Shown: piece after piece, positions 54,082-64,000 of the stretch
How positions within the stretch are numbered: the stretch's first letter is position 1
Layout: each line of letters opens with the position of its first letter
Assembly (NCBI GenBank): GCA_047967505.1
Contig: CM106538.1
Strand: one strand, 5' to 3'
Length of the DNA stretch: 64,000 bases
Origin: Dipteris shenzhenensis
Lineage: Eukaryota
Position numbers and translations under genes: made by a program
The notes under the pieces: model-generated
Databases searched by the model: none
Told to the model about the DNA's origin: nothing
What the model saw: only the letters and a program-made list of their open reading frames with translations

Positions 54082-54975
54082 TCACAAGTTGTAAATCAAT
54101 CTCTTCATCACTATTGGCATCCTCAACACTGTCTTCCAATTCAACCTTTTGCTTGCCTTTATCCACATATTGCTCCTCCTCAATCTACCACTCCATGGAC
54201 TCATACTATCAACACTTTCCTCATGTTGTGATGGTCTTGACATCACTTTACTTGAGGGTCTAGCTTGCTGTAATTTCATATTTTCAACCTTTGGCATGTA
54301 CTCATCTTCTACAACAATTGGTTTGGGCTCATAATATGCTTAAACTTCACATCCTGACTTTCATATACTTGTCTAGTGATGGGATCATAGCATTTATATC
54401 CCTTTCTCTCAACCGGATATCCCAAAAATACACATTTGATAGCTCGTCTCCAATTTCTTCCTTAACTCACTTGGAACATGCACATAAGAAACACAACCAA
54501 ACACTTTCAAATAAGCCAAGGTTGGGTTGTACCCATAAAGCTTTTCAAAAGGTGTCAACCCATGTATGGCATCTATGGGTGTTCTATTCATGATCGTATG
54601 CACCACTTTAGCCCAAAAACTTAAAGGCATATTCATCTCATCCATCATAGCTTTAGCCATGTCACCAATCACCCTATTCTTCCTTTCGCAATGGGGTTTT
54701 GTTGAGGAGTGTATCTACAAGTGACCCATGTCTTAATGCCTTGAGCATCTAGAAACTCATCAATTTCATAGGACATATAGTCACCACCATTGTCCGAATG
54801 AAAACACTTGATATAACACCCAAGCTCCTTCTCTATCATTCTTTTGGATTGGCAAAACACTTGAAAGGCGTCACTTTTAGCTTTCAAAAAATACACCCAT
54901 GTCATCCGGTCGTAATCACCTATAAAAGTGATGTAATACCTTGCTCCCTCGGGTGCTGTATGATTCATTGGTCCC
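54082..54975 (-). mobile_element. Ty1/copia integrase fragment
   Basis: GARYYITFIGDYDRMTWVYFLKAKSDAF...FHSDNGGDY...YTPQQNPIA; FWAKVVHT...NRTP...LKVFGCVSYVHVP. Confidence 0.85.
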
Positions 54976-55599
54976 TATAACACAAGAGGGGAGAGAGATG
55001 ATCATAAACTCTCTTCTATTCTAGGATGCTCAACCTTCTTCTACATTCCTTCAAGATGCCAACTCTCACTTTTCTCTATACAAGAGAGTCCCAAAGACTC
55101 TTCACATCATTGCTTTAAAGAAGTCCAGTCATCCCCTTATCCACATCCATCTATTCATATACACACATAGCTATGCATCTACAGGCTAGTCCCTGGAAAG
55201 AGGGTTTGATCTCTTTGACTTTTTGTTCATCTGAGGAGTGATGGTATCCTACTAGGTTGGAGAAGTGGTCAAGCCACAAATAGATATCATCTTTAGGTGC
55301 TCTTAAAAAGGGCTTAGAATGAAATCTTGAGGTTTCTACTAGGTTAGGGATGTGGTCAAGTCACAAATTGATATCTTCTTTAGTGCTCCTAAAAAGGGCT
55401 TAAGATGAACTCTTGAGTCATGGCCGATACGTGAGACTTGGGATGGAATGTGAGGTTAGCAACATGCATGTTTGGTTGCATAAGTTCTAATAAAAGAGTT
55501 GTGAGAACTTTGAATGTCACATGACAAGAAGGGGACCCTTGCTCATTGTTCTCAAATTTTGCAAACGGATGACACCATCCTCCCGGCGTCTCAACCACT

Positions 55600-55858
55600 T
55601 GTGTAACAATTAATTGAGTTGTGACTAGCTGGGCAAAGGTAGACTAACTACAGAGAATCACAAGGGTGAGAGAGAGAAATTAACGTCAAGAAAGGCTAGA
55701 GAGACCAAAGAGGAGACAAGTGGCCAACACCTAAAGACTTTCTTAGTTCATGGAGTCTCCTTATACAGGCTCAATAACTGGGCATGTCAAGAGTGGGTGA
55801 TGCCATGCATGGGCGATACATGGTACACGTACGCTAGAGTTCACTAGTGTGCATTACA
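55600..55858 (-). mobile_element. LTR (259 bp) with adjacent PBS-like sequence
   Basis: The minus strand reads TGTAATGCAC...GTTACACA, then AGTGGTTGAGACGCCGGGA, which resembles the complement of a tRNA-Ala 3' end. Confidence 0.55.
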
Positions 55859-57470
55859 TGGGTGACATGTAGCTAGATAGGGACAAGGTCATCACAATGC
55901 ATATAGAGTAAAGGGGCCACCAGAGTTTGCAAAAATTGGTGTTATGGAGCGTGGAGATATTGAGTCGAAGAAACACCAGAATTCTATTGATGATATTTTC
56001 TTTTTCATTTGACGTGGTTGTTGCCGCTCTGTGTTTTTTCTCGTCCTTCCTTCTTTTGAATGCATTTTCGATTCTTCTTGCATGCACTTTGATCTCTAAA
56101 GTTTTTGTTGTTGTGCAACATTAGCAAAAGAGTGCCCTCAGATTTTGAACTCCCCTGAGTCACCAGAATTTGGAAAAAGTTTCGTTAATGGGCGTGGAGA
56201 CACTGACTCGAAGGAAAGGATAAAATTGATCGATGGTATTCCGTCTCTATTCTTGGTGTGCTTGTGCTCATGTGTGTTTCAAATCTGAGAAAACTTCACT
56301 GATGGCGTAGCGTAGCGTTGGTACAGTTGTTCATGCACTACCTCCCTCTACGAAAGCCTTCTCGCCTCCTCCTCTTTTACAACCTCCCTTCCTCTTCATC
56401 CTATCTATTTGCCTTCTTATTTTTGTCCCTCTTTATTCCGCTCCCTCTCATCCTTTTGACGGAAAACAGGACCCTGGTTCCTTCCAACTTTCGTTCGATC
56501 ATCGTCGCCTCTTCATCCCTTGTTTCTGCCCCTTCGGTGCCCTCCCCATATAGAACACTAGTACTTCTTCATCCCCACCAGCATCTTCTTCGGCCCTCGT
56601 GCGCTCACCACCTCTCGGTGCTTTCTCGTTACCTTCCAGTACCCCGCCCCCGTCGCTCAATTCATGGTGTGCCTGTTGGATACTTCTAATCCCGTAAGCT
56701 ATAGAAAATACCATTCTTTCTCTCCCATCCCCGCCTTGCCTGCTCATGAAACACAAAAACCACCCAACCAACCTTACGGTAAGTTCGACTAAAGCAACAG
56801 CTTAGCTTGCTGGTCTCCTTCCTGCATGAGTATATACTACGCAAATAATTATATATTCTCATAAAGTTTCCCTCAAAATCTGAAATTCCATTTTCGATTC
56901 TTTTCTTTCGCTCGGTTCGTACTGCATATTTGTTACTGTGTGTTACTTCTTTCATTCACATCTTTCACAGTTTGTTGCTTCTTTAAATTCTGCCGTTTGA
57001 AATTTTTGCACTATCGACTTGTCTAATCTGCATTGAGGTAACTTAACGTTTGGCTATGGAGTTCATATTGTCCTTCATTTTTTGTGGGTGTCCTCTAGAC
57101 ATGCATCTACTAATTTTTCTAGTAACTGTTTTTTAGAATTTAGAGTTAATTTCTACATTCATCTTTTGAGGGAGCTTACAAAGAGTTAGTTTGTGCAATG
57201 TTCAGATAACAGAGAACGTTTTTCAATTACACTATTCTAAAAAAAAAAATTCCAGTTGTGCCAGCTATTTCAGCTTGCTCTTACATGGGAAAGAGCGCAT
57301 CCCCACACACTCCAAAGTCTATGCCTATTGTTTTGGCTTCCTTGAGCAAACCCCCGAAAGAGAACTTTGAGGGTTTCATAGGAGGTTTGGCAGTCCTTTG
57401 TTCAGCAGAAAATAATTAACAACTTATACAAAAGGCGAGCAATCTCGGCATAGTTGTTTGCATCTGTGTG

Positions 57471-57502
<32 letters not shown>

Positions 57503-57729
57503 TTTAATATCTTTTAAAGATAATATATGTTTAAGATTTAATTTAATAATACTAATCCATCTAACATTCCAAAGGTAGGGCCTTAGTGAAGTATGGGAAA
57601 CCCACAAACATGAAAATAATAAAGAAAGGGCCTTTAAGGAAGAGTGGGGGAGCGATGGAGCATGTTGTAACATAGGAGTTATGTGTGCATTCACATGCAC
57701 TCACTATTAGTATACACATATTCAATATA

Positions 57730-57754
57730 CACATGTGTGTGTGTGTGTGTGGGG

Positions 57755-57799
<45 letters not shown>

Positions 57800-57812
57800 A
57801 GAAGTAGAAGTA
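57730..57812. repeat. Compound (TG)n(GA)n(AGAAGT)n microsatellite
   Basis: Directly visible in the sequence. Confidence 0.95.
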
Positions 57813-58979
57813 GAATTTATTATCATCCTCAGGGGGCCAAAAATGACCCATGGGACCTAATCATCAGTACAAAAATCTCCTCTGATGTGGAGGGGTCAAT
57901 CTCCACTTATGTCGCTAATAACCCAGGGTCAGCATATGTTAGGATAATTCTGTCCCGTGGCACAAGGCAGTTACTAAGTCTATAGTGGATACCACTTTCT
58001 ATAACTAATAAGTAGTGGGCTAATGCAATAGTATGATGTTTTGTAACAAGGGTTGTTACTAAAAGATATAACTGATTGCAGACTTATAACAGTCAGAATG
58101 GATTTGGACAGCTATAAAAGTCCTGTAACCACCCATTTTGAGGTTGAGTTGTTGTTTATCTCTGCTGAAGCATAATACAATATATCCGTTTTGCAAATTC
58201 ACAAGTCCTTTGCTGTTCTTTCATTGTTTAGTTCAGTTTACATGCAATCCGACTCCTGTTAGTCTCTTGTCCAACTCCTTGCACCTATTGCATCTGAGTT
58301 GACGTCGTGTGATCTGTGTTTTCATTTATTGAATGCACTCTGAACAAGTAGTGTATAGGAGTGTGTGGAGGTGGATGCCAAGTGTGAAGTAGTATAGGAA
58401 TATGCATAATATATGAAAAGTGTGAAGATAGTATAGGTGTCTACATGAGAGGAAAATGAAGCAAGGGGTGTCAAACATGGAGGGTGTGTCGATTGTTGAT
58501 GTGCCTACTTGTACTTTAGTACACAGAGGATAAATCAAAGAATTAATTCTCTTCCTTCTCGAATTTGCTCCAAATTAAATTGTCCATCTCTGCAATGTGT
58601 TCACAAATGATTTCACATTCATATTTTTCTATCTTGTGTGAAAATTGCAATTTTGGAGGGATTTCGTGTGGTAGAATCCATCCTTCCATGAGCAACAACT
58701 TTGATTTGTCAATTTAGTAATGGGTATATTTCCTTCATAGGGTTGGGGAATGTATAGCTTGCATGAGAGGTGAGGAGATGCATTAGGCATCATCCAAGTG
58801 GAGCAAAGCATAGGCACTCTAGCTATAACTTAAACATACACAATCAAGAAAATTCCAAAGATGTAAGGTTTGGTTCTTGTGCTAAGGTATTGGTTTTGTA
58901 TTCCAAAGTGCCAAAGTGATCTACCATGTTTTGGAGCATATTGTGCATAAAATTTCAAGATCATGGTTTGACATTTACA

Positions 58980-60550
58980 ATGATCAAGCATAGAGGATAG
59001 GACAAACTACAACCTCATTATGGGAAAATGGAAGGGTTGCATGGACTTTGAGAAGCAAATGTTTTGGATGGATGCGATGTAGTGAAGAAAGTCCTAAAAG
59101 AAATGGCTTTCCAAGAGAAACTAGGCCCGAACAAAAAAAGGAACAACAAGTGTTCTTGAAAAGGACACACAAAAATGAATGCAGAACAAATATTGTGATG
59201 GATGTACTAATTTTGGTCATGATGATTCCGACTACTGGTATGCAAAGAAGAGGACTACAAATGTGAATCAAGTGGTATCTGATACTAAGGTGAAAGATAG
59301 ATTCCTACCGCGTCCAAGCAAGGCAAGGGTAAAGGTAGAAACAATAAGGGGAAGAATCAAGGCCCATACAAGATTCAGTTCTATTTTTTGTGGAGAGAAC
59401 CATACCAATGCCGAGTGTCCACTATGGAAAAAGCAATAGAGCTATACTGGAAAAAACCCTAGACCTTTTCCCCCTCTTTTCTCATAAATTTTTGTAATCT
59501 AATCTTCACTTTTGGTCTTGCCATTCCTGAATGGTTTGCTAGCGGAATTGTTGGTGAAGTTCCTATCGGATCTTCATCCTTGTGGAGAGCTCTATTGAGC
59601 TCAAATCAGTCCTTTTCCCTGATGGATCTTGAGCTTAGATCCATTCTTGGTGGGGTACTACTTCCTAGTCCATTATGTAGCGGCATGCTTTAGACGTAGG
59701 ACCTTGACTCGGCATTCTTTTACTCCATGCTCTTTGCTATCTTTTGCATCATATCCAATTTTGAAATGCTGAAATTCTCTCATTTTTCCTTGTCTTGGAT
59801 TCTTTTCTCATCCAGTGACAAGATTATATGAGTTTTCTCATCCACTCTTTTTTTTTTCCTAATATCATCTGGAATGCTTTACATTATTTTGTGCAAGTTC
59901 ACACTACTCCTCTGACCTTCTTTGGTCCTCACCCTTAGTATAACTAGTATTAAGGCATCCTCTTCGTCTATTCGACAAAAAAAGCATTCCTTGGCAATTA
60001 CATTAGTGCCGAATTGATGAATTTATTGGGATGCAAATAAGTTCCTCTCCATACCTTAATGCATGTCATGAACTCATCTTCTTAGGGTAGGACTTTGTAG
60101 GGAACCTTTTGCTCATGATGCTTCAACATTGGCTTTGTTGTGTCTTGTATCTTGCCACTTTCAAGTCTTCTAGGAGTCATTGGTATCTTCATCTTACTTC
60201 CTCGTATTGTGATCCTTTGTTAGTTTTGGGGGTTCTTTGCCATCCTCCCATCTTGCTCCTTCATCAATTTCGGGGTCCCATTTCCATTCTTGCAAACTCC
60301 ATCCTATCATCTTCCTTCAATAAGGCCTTCCTTAGCACGGTCAACAAAGGTGGTGTGCCAGAAGTGCCATAGGTTTTATTTCACTTAGGCAATTCCTAGT
60401 GCATCTCCTTGCCATTGCACATGCATGCAAGCTACCGATGCTCCAACCATCTTTGAAAATGTGAATATACCTATTATAGATGTCCTAATGAAAGTGGTTT
60501 CTCATTGAAGGATGGACTTGTAGTGCCCAAAACCTCTTTAAAGGTCGCAC
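58980..60550. mobile_element. Degenerate retrotransposon gag fragments
   Basis: Plus-strand knuckle remnants CDGCTNFGHDDSDYW and IFCGENHTNAECPLW, with an adjacent minus-strand gag-like charged region. Confidence 0.45.
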
Positions 60551-61441
60551 TTCTCACATAAGATGGATGTGAATCCATTTGCAAGACATACGGTGCATAG
60601 ATTGCCACATTGATTGAGACCAAAATTTGGAAGTCAACAGTATACTAATATAAAAAAAAGGTGAAGAACCTGCCAATGAAAAACTACCAAGACTCACTTG
60701 GGAGATTGATTCCATGCTATAGAAGACTATTAAGAGTAAGATACTCTTAAGAGGATGGGATCTTGACATGCAAGCATGGTTCTAGAGGTGGAACATTGAA
60801 TGGATGTTGGGTCCATTCTACAGAAGACTATTAAGAGTAAGGTACTCTTAAGGGTCCATGCTACAAAAGACTATCTAGGGTGGGATACTCTTAAGAGGTT
60901 GGGTTCTTTGCGTGCAAGCATGGTTCGAAGGGTGGAACATGGACGTTGGACTATCTAGGGTGGGATACTCTTAAGAGGTTGGGTTCTTTGTGTGCAAGCA
61001 TGGTTCGAAAGGTGGAACATCGAATGGACGTTGGATCTTCCATCTGTGACAATGCACAAGGAATGCAAGTTGTAGGATGCTCTACATCGATAGTGGAACA
61101 AAGCACACACATCTTCAAATACCACTACATGCAATGAACCACAAGTGTTGGGGACTTACACATGAGCTGAGGAGAAGGTTATGAAAATCACCTATCCCAT
61201 GGGATGGATGTTCCACGCACTGATGCACAATAGATCCAAACATTTGGGAGTGGAATTGGGATCCTCCATGGAGAAGATACACTAATTGCAAAATTGTGTA
61301 CCATCTACAACATGGGAATTGAACAACACACCAGTTTCATCTTCCCACTTCTAAACACCAACAAAAAGTTTCCAAAATTTGTAGAAGGGTCCATTAGTCT
61401 CATACACATATTCTAGAATACATGGCATTTGGTGTGCATGG

Positions 61442-61443
<2 letters not shown>

Positions 61444-61486
<43 letters not shown>
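61444..61486. repeat. (CT)n microsatellite
   Basis: Directly visible in the sequence. Confidence 0.95.
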
Positions 61487-61492
<6 letters not shown>

Positions 61493-62529
61493 TTTTTGTA
61501 GAGTGTCTTATTATGATGCCTTTGCAATTATATATGGTTTTTGAATTGGGATATCTTCTTGCAATTCAAAACCTTGTACGAATTTTGATTCAAGTATGAT
61601 GTTTGGATTTTGTTGAGAGATTTGGAAAAGGGTTGTGAAGATTGTGTGTTGTGTTTGTTATGTGTAGGCAATGGGCTTTAGGTGCTATGTAGATTGTGCC
61701 TCTTTTGTCATACCTTAGAGCAATATATTACTTGGTATTTTTGCTATCAATATTACTGTACATACCTCTATTTTGTGTGGATTTTCTTGTACACATGTCA
61801 TCTGATTGTGTTCTTGAGCATTGTAAAAAGCAGCCAAAATAGCCTTGCTGCTATGGGCTGAAGGAACCAAAAAATAGAGATAGTAAAAGAGGGGATTTCT
61901 GCGAGAATAACTAGTTATATCAAATGGTAGAAAGAGGAACCATTAAGGTAGATAGTGACTTCATCATCTAAGGGCTAGTGCAATGTCATGCTTATGCAAT
62001 GGGGGAATGGCACTAGTGACATTCTCCACAATCTTACAATTGTGACATTAAGATGGGGGAAATTTTGAAGAATGGAAATAGTGCCATTTTCTGGAGACGG
62101 TGGATAGATACATCCAAACCTTAGATTTGGTATTCTAGTATTTTGATGCTATATGTTTCTTATCCAAGTTACAAGTTCTAGTGTCCTCGATCTAAGTTTT
62201 AGATTCCACATTCCAAGCTTCATATTCTACAATCTTTGGGTTCAATTTTTGGGATCTGGATCCAATGTTTAGGTCTAGGCTAGGTTTATGAGCTTTGGGT
62301 TTTAGTGTTCTAAATTGTGATCTCAAATATCAGATTTTGGGTTACATTTTGTCTTGAATATTGGGATACCAGGTCCTATGTTCAAGTTTTGAAGTTGCCA
62401 GCTTTGGTATGGGTCTAAGGTTTCACGATTTGGATCCTAGCTATATGCTTCCAACAGGTCCAGGTTTAGCATCTTAGACCCTAGGGGTTCTAGCTCAAGG
62501 TGACAATGCAATAGTATTTGTTCAATTTA

Positions 62530-63050
62530 CTTTTTATCCCTTCCCCCTATATTATTTCCATGTTTAATTTCCCCTCCCCTCTTCCTTTTTCCCTTCCTTC
62601 CCCCCACCCCCTCTCTAATTTTTCCCTAGCTTTCTCCTTTATTTCCCCCTAATTCTGCTTAAATTTCCCTTGAATTTTTCTTAAATATTTTTTCTAATTT
62701 TCCTACCCCCCCTCTTTGCCCCCTCAATTTTCACCTAGTTCTTCTCCCGATTTCCCCCTATTTTTGCCCCCCTAAATTCCCCCTAAAATTTCCCAATTTC
62801 TTCCTTAACTAAACTTATAACCCCCTCTCCCCCTAACCTCCCCTCCCTAATTAAACCTCTATCCAACCGCCTAGTTTACTCCCTCCAAAAGAAACCCCTT
62901 ATCTTCCTCGACCCTTCTTTTCCCTGCCTGATAGTCGCTTCCAACTACCGACTAGCCTCACAAGCTACTTAACCCCCTCCACTCTCAGCAATTCTCCTAC
63001 GCTCTAAATTCCCCCCTCTCTAAAACTCTTAACCCTCCCTCTGCCCGACT
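62530..63050. repeat. C/T-rich low-complexity tract of tttccccct(aa) units
   Basis: The plus strand is nearly devoid of G, with repeated ttt(c)4-6taa motifs. Confidence 0.75.
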
Positions 63051-63086
63051 GATTGATTTTTCGTAAACGACGTGCCTTCGTCCCAT

Positions 63087-64000
63087 CGATTGCGTCCTCC
63101 AACTTTTTTTGTTACACTTTCTGCAGGAGAAAAACTATGGAAGCCTCTAATTGAAGCAATACAAAAACTAAACACAAATACCACACCCAACGTGGACATA
63201 AATCAACAAGCTCGAATAAGACATCTATTTCGCTCTGATCCCGTCACTACAGCCCAATAGTATGTGCACAAATTCCAAGCCCTTAAAAACGTTATAAAAA
63301 AAGACCACAACATTCTGGGAAAATTGAATGACTTCTTCTTCATTATGGAATTCCAAAATAGAGGTAGTCAACACGATCACGGACTATTGTGGGTCAAAAA
63401 TGCACCCATCTTTGGAATTTCTTCAAACACTGAAATTGAGCAATTTGCAGAAAGATACATATCAACAAACAGTTTGAAACTTCCAATTGAACTACAACAA
63501 ATTCAAACACATAGGCATCGTAAGACATGCTTCAAGAGAAAACAAAAATGTTGTTTTGGATTTCCACGCGCTCCCATGTCCTCCACAAAAGTCTTGCTTC
63601 CATTAAAATTTGAAGATCGTAACGACATTTTAAAAAAACTAGCTCTCATTAACTCTACATTGTCACAAGATACAACATTAACTTTAGACTATCATGGATT
63701 CTTGCAAACTATCAACCTAACATAGGATGAATACATAAACAGTCTACGAGCATCTATTTCACAACCTACTCTTTTCTTGAGAAGAGAACCAAAAGATATA
63801 TACACACAAACAACTTCAACCCTCATTTATTAAAATTATGGGGAGCAAATATAGATGTTCAATTTATAGTGAATCCACATGGAGTAGCAGCTTATTGTAC
63901 ATCTTACATGACTAAAATTGACAAAGAAACCACATTAGCAGTTAAGGAAGCTTTGTCCCAAAGCATTAACACAAATGCTGCCCCTAATGAATGCATACGA
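63087..64000 (+). mobile_element. Helitron-superfamily Rep (HUH endonuclease) domain, Helentron/Helitron2-like; disrupted and running off the window end
   Basis: Motif I PTFFVTLSA, then DPVT. Motif II EFQNRGSQHDHGLLW (about 63348-63392). Also QTHRHRKTC and CCFGFP. Motif III ANIDVQFIVNPHGVAAYCTSYMTK. Two in-frame stops and one frameshift. Confidence 0.92.

Noticed and set aside
62530-63050. Telomere-like or G-quadruplex-forming tract
   Set aside because: Not a regular CCCTAAA array; better described as a low-complexity transposon-associated tract.

Overview
Eukaryotic, non-bacterial DNA that looks like a repeat-rich land-plant genome. A fern or lycophyte origin is my inference from CpG depletion, long (GA)n/(TA)n runs and nested LTR elements. 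I see no intact protein-coding gene, rRNA, tRNA or CRISPR array. The window is a mosaic of decayed mobile elements: a hAT remnant, a foldback MITE, several Ty3/gypsy and Ty1/copia elements, solo LTRs, an RTE-like LINE, a SWIM-type remnant and Helitron-type Rep fragments. It also holds F-box-type beta-propeller pseudogene fragments. The most unusual item is a disrupted ORF of roughly 1000 codons (about 18786-24780). It carries a ParB/Srx-like DGQHR-type motif set (QR, IDGQH, xxxIN), a possible N-terminal PHD-like finger and a degenerate amino-methyltransferase-like C-terminal segment. It can be reassembled across a copia insertion (TSD GGGAA) and a 1.54-kb inversion with TATA breakpoints. A second inversion inside a copia element and two snap-back duplication junctions suggest repeated template-switch repair. 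All protein-family calls come from reading motifs by eye; no database searches were run.
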